NCBI GenBank assembly: GCA_963677495.2
Contig: CAXXOU010000004.1
Span: 1,056,001-1,120,000 of the forward strand
Length of the DNA: 64,000 nt
DNA from: Candidatus Cloacimonadales bacterium
GTDB taxonomy: Bacteria; Cloacimonadota; Cloacimonadia; Cloacimonadales; JAFGVF01
Direction of reading: 5' to 3'
Shown here one piece after another: positions 12,126-20,715 of the stretch. Every line of letters starts with the position of its first letter. The first letter of the stretch is position 1. The position numbers and the translations under genes are program-made. Under the pieces are notes generated by a model. The model worked only from the letters and a program-made list of their open reading frames with translations. It was not told the origin of the DNA and ran no database searches.

Positions 12126-13520
12126 ATGCAAGAACACAAACAAACAATCGGTGGGTCAATATCTTATACAGGTATTGGACTTCACACCGGAGAGATAACA
12201 ACTGTAACTTTTAAACCAGCTTCTCAGGATGATGGTATTGTATTCACAAGAATAGACATGCCAGACTCCCCTGAGATTCCCGCAGACATTGAACATGTTG
12301 TAGATATATCACGCGGTACTACTATTGGTATCGGTAAGGCGACTGTTTCTACAATTGAGCACGTTTTAGCTGCTATTAAAGGTCTTGATATTGATAATAT
12401 TAAAATCGAGATTAACGGACCTGAAGCACCTGTTGCTGATGGCTCAGCCATGCCTTTCCTTCAACTTCTTAAGCAAGTTGGAATAGTACAGCAGGATTCA
12501 ATTAGAGAATACTTTGAAATAGAGGAGCCTATCAGCTTCACGGCAGAAGAAGATAATGTAGATGTAGTGATTGTACCTTCAAGTGAACTTAAGGTTACTT
12601 TCCTCGTTGATTATCAGCACCCACTTCTTGGTACTCAATATACATGGATGCCTGATCTTAGTGTGTTTGAAAAAGAGTTTGCATCTTCAAGAACATTCTG
12701 CTTCGTGAAAGAGATTCTTATGCTCAAAGGTGCCGGACTCATCAAAGGTGGTTCCCTTGATAATGCTGTTGTTATCGGAGAACCGGATATTGACCCTGAA
12801 AAACTGGAAGAGCTCAGACAAGTATTCAACTTTGACGCTCCTATAGAGATTTCAAGTGAAGGTATTATCAACAACCAACCACTTCGTTATTACAACGAGT
12901 TTGTACGTCATAAAGTATTAGACCTTATTGGTGATATTGCCCTTCTCGGTGTGCCAATTAAGGGTCATATCCTAGCTGCTCGTTCAGGACATAAGACTAA
13001 TGTAGAGCTTGTTAAGAAACTTAGAAAGATTCAGAAGAAGCAACGTTTACAGAAAGAGTATCAGAAGAAGAGAACACAAAATGTAGTGTTTGATATCAAT
13101 GCGATAAAGCGAATACTACCTCATAGATACCCATTCCTATTCGTTGATAAGATTATTGAGTTTATCCCTGGTGAAAAGATTATCGGTATCAAGAACGTTA
13201 CAGCTAACGAAGAGTTCTTTAATGGTCATTTCCCGGGTGCTCCTGTAATGCCGGGTGTACTTATAATTGAAGCTATGGCTCAAACCGGTGGTATTATGCT
13301 TCTCAATAACCTTGAGAACCCACAAGACCACCTTGCAATGTTTGCTTCGATTGATAACGTTAAGTTTAGAAAACCTGTTTTACCGGGTGATACATTACGC
13401 TTTGAATTGAAAGTAATTTCACTCAAACGCTCATTAACCAAAATGCATGGTGACGCTTTTGTGGGTGACACAAAGGTATGTGAAGGCGACTTCCTCGCCA
13501 TGGTTGTAGATAGAAACTAA
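12126..13520 (+). CDS. lpxC-fabZ: Bifunctional LpxC/FabZ
   Basis: GIGLHTG, TIEH, HKVLDLIGD (LpxC) then LPHRYPFL, FNGHFPGAPVMPGVLIIEAMAQ (FabZ). Confidence 0.96.
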   Translation: MQEHKQTIGGSISYTGIGLHTGEITTVTFKPASQDDGIVFTRIDMPDSPEIPADIEHVVDISRGTTIGIGKATVSTIEHVLAAIKGLDIDNIKIEINGPEAPVADGSAMPFLQLLKQVGIVQQDSIREYFEIEEPISFTAEEDNVDVVIVPSSELKVTFLVDYQHPLLGTQYTWMPDLSVFEKEFASSRTFCFVKEILMLKGAGLIKGGSLDNAVVIGEPDIDPEKLEELRQVFNFDAPIEISSEGIINNQPLRYYNEFVRHKVLDLIGDIALLGVPIKGHILAARSGHKTNVELVKKLRKIQKKQRLQKEYQKKRTQNVVFDINAIKRILPHRYPFLFVDKIIEFIPGEKIIGIKNVTANEEFFNGHFPGAPVMPGVLIIEAMAQTGGIMLLNNLENPQDHLAMFASIDNVKFRKPVLPGDTLRFELKVISLKRSLTKMHGDAFVGDTKVCEGDFLAMVVDRN

Positions 13521-13529
13521 AGGAGAGTC

Positions 13530-14303
13530 ATGAATTACACAGTTCATCCTACTGCTATAGTTGATAAAGACGCGAAGATTGGAGAAGGTTGCAATATAGG
13601 TCCATATTGTATTATCGGACCTGATGTTGTGATGGGAAAGAATAACAACCTGCATTCACATGTGATTGTAAACGGTCCATCAGAAATGGGAGATGGAAAC
13701 AATGTATCTCCCTATGCTGTTATTGGTACCGACCCACAAGATCTTAAGTTCGACGGTTCTAAAACATACCTTAAGATTGGAGACAACAACAATATCAGAG
13801 AGTACGCCACTATCAACCGTTCAAACGGTCCTGAAGAAGCTACTGTTGTTGGTGATAATAACCTGATTATGGCCTATGCTCATATCGCTCATAATTGCCA
13901 GATTGGTAACAATATTGTGATTGCTAATGCAGTTAATTTTGCCGGTCATGTGATTGTTGATGACTTTGCGATTGTTGGCGGTGTAACTGCCGTTCATCAG
14001 TTCGTGAAGATTGGTAAGTATGCCTTCATCGGTGGTTGTTCTGCTGTTAAGAAAGATATTCCACCATTTGTAAGAGGACAAGGTAACCTCTTCGAAGTAC
14101 ACGGCTTAAACGGTGTTGGTCTTCTTAGAAAAGGCTTCTCCAAAGAGGAAGTATCAGGTCTTAAGAAAGTTTATAAACTATATTACAGAATGAATCTTAA
14201 TACTGCTCAAGCAACTGCTGAAGCTGAGAAGTTAGATCTTAGTGATGTTCAAAAAGAATTTGTAAACTTCGTAAAGAACTCAGAACGCGGAATTACTAAA
14301 TAA
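13530..14303 (+). CDS. lpxA: Acyl-ACP--UDP-GlcNAc O-acyltransferase
   Basis: PQDLKF, IREYATINR, HIAHNC, VHQF. Confidence 0.96.
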   Translation: MNYTVHPTAIVDKDAKIGEGCNIGPYCIIGPDVVMGKNNNLHSHVIVNGPSEMGDGNNVSPYAVIGTDPQDLKFDGSKTYLKIGDNNNIREYATINRSNGPEEATVVGDNNLIMAYAHIAHNCQIGNNIVIANAVNFAGHVIVDDFAIVGGVTAVHQFVKIGKYAFIGGCSAVKKDIPPFVRGQGNLFEVHGLNGVGLLRKGFSKEEVSGLKKVYKLYYRMNLNTAQATAEAEKLDLSDVQKEFVNFVKNSERGITK

Positions 14304-14322
14304 TACTATTTTAATATACATT

Positions 14323-14354
14323 AGAGTCCTCTCATTTTGAGTGGACTCTTTTTG
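14323..14354 (+). terminator. Rho-independent terminator after lpxA
   Basis: AGAGTCC...GGACTCT hairpin followed by T run. Confidence 0.75.
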
Positions 14355-14744
14355 TATCCCGATCATCCCTGATGGGGCTCTCAGCCAAATCTGAAACAGC
14401 TGAGTTACTCATGTCAATTCTAGCTCCTGAACACGATTGGCTTCCATGTTATAGCTCTATCGAGCTATGTGCAAGCGAGGGCACTTGCACTACGATTGTA
14501 CTGCAACTCTCCTGAGTTGCTGTGCCGACATGGTCGGCAGTTTCCACTGACCGAAACTTAGAAATCATACGTTCGACCGTTGAACTAAGTTTATGATTAC
14601 ACATGACAATATTAGCTTCTGAGTAAAGATTAGAGTGGTCGCTTCATATGTATCCTGTTCCCCATCCTGATCGGTGCAACATAGATGTAAAAATGTCATT
14701 TTGCTTGACACAAAATCAGGTTAAGATTTCTTAAAAACACTCTT

Positions 14745-14820
14745 GGGGCATTAGCTCAGCTGGGAGAGCACTACACTGGCAGTGTAGGGGTCATCGGTTC
14801 AAGTCCGTTATGCTCCACCA
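14745..14820 (+). tRNA. tRNA-Ala (anticodon GGC)
   Basis: GGGGCAT/ATGCTCC acceptor stem with G3-U70, CTACA-CTGGCAG-TGTAG anticodon arm, TTCAAGT T-loop, encoded CCA; TTGACA at 14705. Confidence 0.97.
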
Positions 14821-14826
14821 AGTTTT

Positions 14827-14850
14827 AAGCCATCTTCGGATGGCTTTTTT
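14827..14850 (+). terminator. Terminator after tRNA-Ala
   Basis: AAGCCATC-TTCG-GATGGCTT followed by T run. Confidence 0.85.
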
Positions 14851-14939
14851 ATTATATCCACCATGTAACTGTCGCTCAAGCTCAACCATTAAGAAGGTAC
14901 ATATCACTCCAATATCGGATGAATCAAATCATTGATATC

Positions 14940-15359
14940 TTATACAGCAGGTAACAGCTCATTCTCAACAGCCATTTTGATAGTAATAACCGGCAAATTA
15001 AGAGCAACAACATACTCCGGTGTTATTGTCTTTAGATCAACTTCGGGATAGGCTTTGTGCAGGTTATGCATCATTTTGATAAATACGTTGTAACCATTAT
15101 AAATAATGCCTTCACCGACTCTGATGTTGTTAAGCCTATTCGAATAATGTTTGATATCACTCTTGTAACTATCAGTGCAATTCTTATAAAACTTACTAAG
15201 ATTCTTGGTTTTAAGAGAAAAGTTCGAGTTATTCTTATTTTTTCTTGGTTTCACATAAGTTCGTGCTATAAGTGCATCACTCTGCGGATAGTAATAAAAT
15301 ACAAGTTTTCCGACTCTACCGTTCAAAGTCTTTGCTATCAAATCTAAATTTACTTTCAT
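14940..15359 (-). CDS. Small basic hypothetical protein (MKVNL..LNGRVGKLVFYY), possibly nucleic-acid binding
   Basis: GGAGG RBS before ATG 15359; Lys/Arg/Tyr-rich N-terminus. Confidence 0.7.
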   Translation of the reverse strand: MKVNLDLIAKTLNGRVGKLVFYYYPQSDALIARTYVKPRKNKNNSNFSLKTKNLSKFYKNCTDSYKSDIKHYSNRLNNIRVGEGIIYNGYNVFIKMMHNLHKAYPEVDLKTITPEYVVALNLPVITIKMAVENELLPAV

Positions 15360-15519
15360 TGTTTCCTCCAATTCCTTCTCAAAAAGGTTTTCGTTTAATA
15401 ATTACAGGCTATAGGCTTTTAGCTATCAGCTAAAAAACCTTCCTCTATAATTATATGTGTGAAAAATGAGAGATTCCGTGAAAAAGTATGCATTTTTTTT
15501 GAATAAAGTCTTCATTCCA

Positions 15520-15592
15520 CCCTTAGATTTCTCATGCCCCACTCTCGACCCTCCCTTGCAAACCCAAGGGAGAGCCAAGGGAGGGGCAAGGG
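15520..15592. repeat. 11-bp periodic inverted array (core CCCTTG/CAAGGG)
   Basis: CCCTTA 15520, CTCATG 15531, CTCTCG 15542, CCCTTG 15553; CAAGGG 15565, 15576, 15587. Confidence 0.85.
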
Positions 15593-15635
15593 AGGCTTCT
15601 GGATTTCAGGTTGACTTCCGGCAAGGTATTTGTTC

Positions 15636-15662
15636 TGTAAAAGCTTTGTAAAAGCTTACAAA
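15636..15662. repeat. Short 11-bp periodic palindrome (TGTAAAAGCT)
   Basis: TGTAAAAGCT at 15636 and 15647, followed by TACA. Confidence 0.6.
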
Positions 15663-15765
15663 ATATGCAATTAATTATGAATGTTTCCTCGAGAGTGATA
15701 TCAATCGATCCATTCTTATCTGCTTCTACGCTCCCTTTCAATTTTTACTCAACTTTTCTGGTTAC

Positions 15766-15850
15766 GTTGCTTATTACTTGTTTTTTTTCTTGGGCATTTA
15801 CTCAAGTATTGCTTAACTGTTTACCAAGGATTACCCAAGAGACTCTCAGG
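15766..15850. repeat. 11-bp periodic inverted array (core CTTG/CAAG)
   Basis: CAAG at 15803, 15825, 15836 and CAGG 15847; CTTG 15777, 15789; resembles 33391-33463. Confidence 0.7.
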
Positions 15851-16021
15851 AAATGTATTAGAGTATGGAGGGTTGTAAGTGCAAGGGGTATGAAATTGAT
15901 ACACGAAAGATTAGTAGACACTAACTGTTGGTTAAACTTGTTTAATTAGACTAGGGATTGCCCTGTGATTATTTATAGTTTAATAATATTTATAGTATTA
16001 TCTACTGGGTGTAATATAAAA

Positions 16022-16047
16022 GAAGCTCTACGTCAGTGTAGAGCTTC
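16022..16047 (-). terminator. Terminator for minus-strand lipoprotein/membrane protein pair
   Basis: GAAGCTCTAC...GTAGAGCTTC hairpin with A run on the left. Confidence 0.7.
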
Positions 16048-16075
16048 CAAATATAACAAATCTACGATTAAACTT

Positions 16076-16501
16076 TTAATTTATCGCCCTTTTTTCTATA
16101 TCTTTCAAAGTCTCGAATCTAGATACCATAATTGATACGAATAATATTAGAACTACTACTATTGATATATACTCAAAAGCAACATTGTTTAACTCTATAG
16201 AACGAGACATATGAAACACAATAAACCACAAATAGAAAAAATAGTGCATAAATTTAACGGATGCTTTTTGAATAATTACCATCCTTATATCATGTTTGTG
16301 TATCCTGTTTCTATATGTAATTGCTATGATTGTTGCACTTATCCAAAAGGCAACGAAAACTACGATGTAAAAAGAACTAGGAATCAATGATTCTTCTAAT
16401 GCATTTGGATTATTCTTCAAAAAGACTCGAATAACAACCGTAACGATAACAAGGCCAATTAATTGTAGTGCAAATGGTAAGATTGTTTTCTTATTAATCA
16501 T
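16076..16501 (-). CDS. Hypothetical membrane protein, about 4 TM helices
   Basis: Four hydrophobic segments; GGAGG RBS. Confidence 0.75.
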   Translation of the reverse strand: MINKKTILPFALQLIGLVIVTVVIRVFLKNNPNALEESLIPSSFYIVVFVAFWISATIIAITYRNRIHKHDIRMVIIQKASVKFMHYFFYLWFIVFHMSRSIELNNVAFEYISIVVVLILFVSIMVSRFETLKDIEKRAIN

Positions 16502-16547
16502 AAAACCTCCAATACTTTTTTCTATTACTACAAAATTACATACTTAA

Positions 16548-17516
16548 CTAAAATGCGTTAGAAATGAGGGTTAATACAAATTTGAGCAACTGTTTTTTTG
16601 CTTCAGCATTAGCTGAATAAAGAGCTGCTTGAATTTCTGCATCACAATAAATTGTCTCATCCTCTGCTGGATCATTATCTCCGTAATTATGATTATCCAG
16701 ATAACTCGCTAATGCTGCAGCATCAGAACTAGGCAAATCTCGTGTATACATCCAGACTCTCTCATCTATAGTTAATCCAGCATTATCATATAGATCAATT
16801 TTTAGCAACATAGTTTTTACATCATCCAAATCAAGGTACTCTGTATGATCAACAAACCAGAATTGATAATCCTCTTTTAAGAAAGTAATTGTTTTCTTCC
16901 CAACTTTTGATAATTTTGTATTATTATCTAAAATATTTTGCATATAAGAAATTACTAACGACCGATCTCTTGTTCCATTTCCTACTTGTATGTCATAAGC
17001 TAGAATGGCTTTAAATGCAGCTACATCAGAAGCATTGCAATTAGTTGCACTTTCTATAGTACTAACGAGTAATGTGTCCATGCACTCCATGTATTCTAAA
17101 ATTCCAATGTTTGATTTATAAGAGTTGGGAGTATCTGTTACTAAGTCTTCAAAATCTGAAAGATAGTCAGCCATTTCAGATGTTGTTAACGAGACATTAT
17201 CATCAAGTGCGGATGCCATAGCAGATGAAGAATAACTAAAGAGAGTTGAGTCAGATAAAATATCATATAAATCAGATAAACCCAATGTATCACCAATCGA
17301 ATAGTTATTAGTAATAAAGGTGTCTGCATATGCATTGTAATTTGTTGAATCAAAGTAAGTAAAGAAATCATTGAGAATCTCATTATGTAGGTTCCTTTCT
17401 CCACCTTTGCCCAATCCTTGATAATTGTAATCTGTTTTAGTTGCAACTTCACCACAACCATAAATGGCTAACAATAAGAATAAGATGATGTTTAGATGCT
17501 TTAACAATTTTTTCAT
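16548..17516 (-). CDS. Hypothetical lipoprotein
   Basis: Lipobox-like LAIYG-C21; LHNEIL motif. Confidence 0.8.
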   Translation of the reverse strand: MKKLLKHLNIILFLLLAIYGCGEVATKTDYNYQGLGKGGERNLHNEILNDFFTYFDSTNYNAYADTFITNNYSIGDTLGLSDLYDILSDSTLFSYSSSAMASALDDNVSLTTSEMADYLSDFEDLVTDTPNSYKSNIGILEYMECMDTLLVSTIESATNCNASDVAAFKAILAYDIQVGNGTRDRSLVISYMQNILDNNTKLSKVGKKTITFLKEDYQFWFVDHTEYLDLDDVKTMLLKIDLYDNAGLTIDERVWMYTRDLPSSDAAALASYLDNHNYGDNDPAEDETIYCDAEIQAALYSANAEAKKQLLKFVLTLISNAF

Positions 17517-17666
17517 AAAAACCTTCCTTAAAAATTAATAATACCAATATGAGTATTAAGGCATATGCTGTCAATAATATTTATCTAAGATATTCAAAAA
17601 CTTAAATATTGGCTTGACATTTAAGTTTAGAATTATAATTTGTAACAAATATGTAAGGAGTAGATA

Positions 17667-18449
17667 ATGAAAACACTTAACAGAATAGTAATATTCATAC
17701 TTATTGTATCGCTGTTAATACCGGGCTGTCACCAATCTAGACGAATTGTAAACCCAGAGGAAAGTGACTTAGCTAAGTCATTTGTAAATCCATATGCATA
17801 CATGGGTGAGATTCACAACGATTGTCTTGAATCAGTTTTAACATCATTAGAGGCCGAAACAGATAGCACAATCGTGGGAGTAACAGCGTTAAAAGATAGC
17901 ATTTCAGCATGGACAGTCAGTTTTTTAAGCCAAGACCTAGATGAATTAGGTTATTTAGATTTTGATTTTACTGATATTTTTGATGAATTCACAACAACCG
18001 ATACAACATCTTGGGATTCTTTGGTCTATAAGGTGTCATGGGCTAATAAAATTCAACCATATTTAGTACAAATGGATTCTGTTCTTCAAACACAACCAAC
18101 TGCCAGTACAGTTAAAACGAAATTCAGAGAAATTGGCTTTGAGGTATCTAAAGATACAAGCTTAACTTCAGATCAAAAAATACAATTGTATTGTGGATTG
18201 GCTGTTGGAGAAAGCTCTGCATTATATTGGGATGAATATTACGATGATTGGAGTTTAGCCCTTAAAAATGTTATGAGTACAGAAATGTCGAGTAAAGGGC
18301 TTCCTCCTATTGTGATTGAAGTCATTATTGCTGATCTTCTAGGAGCTTTGAAGGGAGCAATATTTGGTGGTTTGCATGGTGCTATCATTGGAGCTATTAT
18401 TGGATCTGTTGCAACTATTGTTATTAATTGGCTTGCAAATACACTTTGA
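17667..18449 (+). CDS. Lipoprotein with C-terminal glycine-zipper hydrophobic segment
   Basis: LIPG-C21; NPYAYMGEIHNDCL; C-terminal GALKGAIFGGLHGAIIGAIIG. Confidence 0.82.
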   Translation: MKTLNRIVIFILIVSLLIPGCHQSRRIVNPEESDLAKSFVNPYAYMGEIHNDCLESVLTSLEAETDSTIVGVTALKDSISAWTVSFLSQDLDELGYLDFDFTDIFDEFTTTDTTSWDSLVYKVSWANKIQPYLVQMDSVLQTQPTASTVKTKFREIGFEVSKDTSLTSDQKIQLYCGLAVGESSALYWDEYYDDWSLALKNVMSTEMSSKGLPPIVIEVIIADLLGALKGAIFGGLHGAIIGAIIGSVATIVINWLANTL

Positions 18450-18575
18450 TATATCCTATGAATGTATACATCTTTTGTTGACAAATTAGAGTTGAAGAAT
18501 AGTTCTGATATAATTTAAGATGACTAAACGATAATAATTCAGTATAAAAACTTATTAGCATCAAAAAGAGGAATA

Positions 18576-20378
18576 ATGACTTATTTAAAGTTTTCACTGA
18601 TGATAGTAATGCTATTTTTAATTGCTTTTCTTTTCTCAACAACATTTGTAAACACAAATGCAGATATCCAAGGAGTTTATTCAGGAACATTGGAATGGGG
18701 AGACTATGATAATGATGGAGATTATGATTTGTTTGTAGCAGGTGTTGTTAACAGCACAAATCATATTTACACAGCAGAATTATATGTAAATGACAATTAC
18801 GGTTTAACCAATAGTGGAGTTGTTATACCAGGACTCGCCTATGCTTCAAGTGTGTGGGGTGACTATAACCTTGATGGTTACATAGACTTATTTATATCTG
18901 GTAAGATAGATGATGATCCTGATGTAAAAATTTCTGAGCTACTGGAAAATGTAAATGGTGTCCTAGTAAATCAAACAGAATTGTTTGAACCTGTATCTTC
19001 CTCATCTTCAATATGGTTCGATTACAACAATGATGGTCTTTTAGACCTTTTGTTATCTGGATATACAGAAGATTCGCAAGCTATCACTGCCTTATACGAA
19101 CAAAACTCTACTGGTTTTGTTAATAGTGGGCTAAATTTCGTAAACGTAACATCATGCGATGCTCAAGCTTGTGATTTTGATAATGATGGGTTGATTGACA
19201 TTATTATTTCAGGCTCAGATAATTGTAACAATGGTGTAACTGAATTATATCGAAATAATGGTTGTGGGTTTGATATTGTTACTACTAGTATTTCAGATTT
19301 ATATCTTTCAAGTATAGAATGGGGTGATATTGATAATGATGGAGATTCTGATTTAATTATATGCGGAGATGATTCCAATCAGACTAATACTAATATATAT
19401 CTGAACAATAATGGGACATTTTCAGACATTACTTCAAATCTTCAGGCAGTAAAATATGGGGATGTTGAACTTGCTGATATTGATAATGATGGAGATATTG
19501 ATATAGTCTTGACTGGCAAAGAAAATTCTTCAGGAAGTACAATACCATTTACTTCAGTTTATTGTAATGAGTCTTTAAATTTTGTCGAACAATCAGAAAA
19601 CCTGTTACAACTCTGGGCATCGGATTGTAAGCTTTGTGATTATGATTTTGATGGAGACTTAGACTTAGCCATATCAGGGCGTGCCAGCAATGGAAATCCT
19701 AATTCTATACTTTATCGTAACGACTGTACAACACCTAATAGTGTACCAATTCCTCCTACAAACCTTCGTATCAGTGAAGAAGGAGAATACTTTAAGTTTG
19801 AGTGGGATATGGGAACAGATGTTGAACAACCTGATATTAGTTTAACTTATGAAGTCAAGATAGGTTCTACTCCGGGAGGATGTGACATTGTATCACCAAT
19901 GGCATTACCGGATGGTAGAGCATTGAAACCTGTATTTGGGAGAATTAACTCAAATTGTTTCTATCTAATAAAAAGCTCAGTGTTCGATGAAAATGAAACC
20001 TACTATTGGAGTTGCCAATCAATTGATAACTCCTTTGCTCGTTCTGCATTTGCTGAAGAACAATCTTTCACTTATCAGAGTGTTGGTAATTCAGATAATA
20101 CTGTCTTGATTGCTCCAACTTTATCCATTGATTCTGTTTACCCTAATCCTTTCAACCCTGTGACAACAATATCTTATAGTGTATCAGAAAACACTTATGT
20201 AACACTTAAGATATACAATATCAAAGGAGAATTAGTTGAAACTCTGATTGAAAGTAATGTCAAAGCAGGTAAACATACCTATGAATGGAAACCTGAAAGA
20301 ACAGCAAGTGGAGTGTATTTCTGTAAATTATCTAATGGAGAAAGGAAAGTCACACAAAAACTTGTACTACTCAAATAG
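18576..20378 (+). CDS. Secreted FG-GAP/VCBS-repeat protein with C-terminal T9SS-type-A-like/FlgD-Ig sorting domain
   Basis: Seven DxxxDGxxD repeats (most preceded by W or WG); tail YPNPFNPVTTISY...SGVYFCKL...KLVLLK. Confidence 0.88.
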   Translation: MTYLKFSLMIVMLFLIAFLFSTTFVNTNADIQGVYSGTLEWGDYDNDGDYDLFVAGVVNSTNHIYTAELYVNDNYGLTNSGVVIPGLAYASSVWGDYNLDGYIDLFISGKIDDDPDVKISELLENVNGVLVNQTELFEPVSSSSSIWFDYNNDGLLDLLLSGYTEDSQAITALYEQNSTGFVNSGLNFVNVTSCDAQACDFDNDGLIDIIISGSDNCNNGVTELYRNNGCGFDIVTTSISDLYLSSIEWGDIDNDGDSDLIICGDDSNQTNTNIYLNNNGTFSDITSNLQAVKYGDVELADIDNDGDIDIVLTGKENSSGSTIPFTSVYCNESLNFVEQSENLLQLWASDCKLCDYDFDGDLDLAISGRASNGNPNSILYRNDCTTPNSVPIPPTNLRISEEGEYFKFEWDMGTDVEQPDISLTYEVKIGSTPGGCDIVSPMALPDGRALKPVFGRINSNCFYLIKSSVFDENETYYWSCQSIDNSFARSAFAEEQSFTYQSVGNSDNTVLIAPTLSIDSVYPNPFNPVTTISYSVSENTYVTLKIYNIKGELVETLIESNVKAGKHTYEWKPERTASGVYFCKLSNGERKVTQKLVLLK

Positions 20379-20395
20379 TATTAATCGTTTATTTT

Positions 20396-20424
20396 AATGC
20401 CCTTGTCAGGAGATAAGGGCATTT
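20396..20424 (+). terminator. Terminator
   Basis: AATGCCCTT...AAGGGCATT hairpin. Confidence 0.65.
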
Positions 20425-20715
20425 ACTAATTCAGGATATAAAAGAAATTTAACCCCAGAGCTACCTATCAGTAGTATGAGAGACAGCTCTTAATGGTATG
20501 ATAATGTTTCATCAATATGAGACCAACTCGCATTCAACCCTTATAGGAAGTCCGCTTTCGCTTCTCTTGGTTCAGCTCGGGCAAACTCCCTAGAAGAGTT
20601 GAAATCTATAACTCCAATGATAGGTTTGCTTGCAACCTATCGATTTAGACAAATATCTTGACTCTATAAATAAATCCCAAAACTTGATTAAAATTAATAT
20701 TTTCAGGAGATTATT

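Noticed and set aside
12126..13520. LpxC-FabZ fusion as a novelty
   Set aside because: Well known in Bacteroidota and related FCB lineages.
14852..14863. TTATATCCACCA as attR duplicate of the tRNA-Ala 3' end
   Set aside because: Imperfect, short and only about 30 bp from the tRNA; no integrase.
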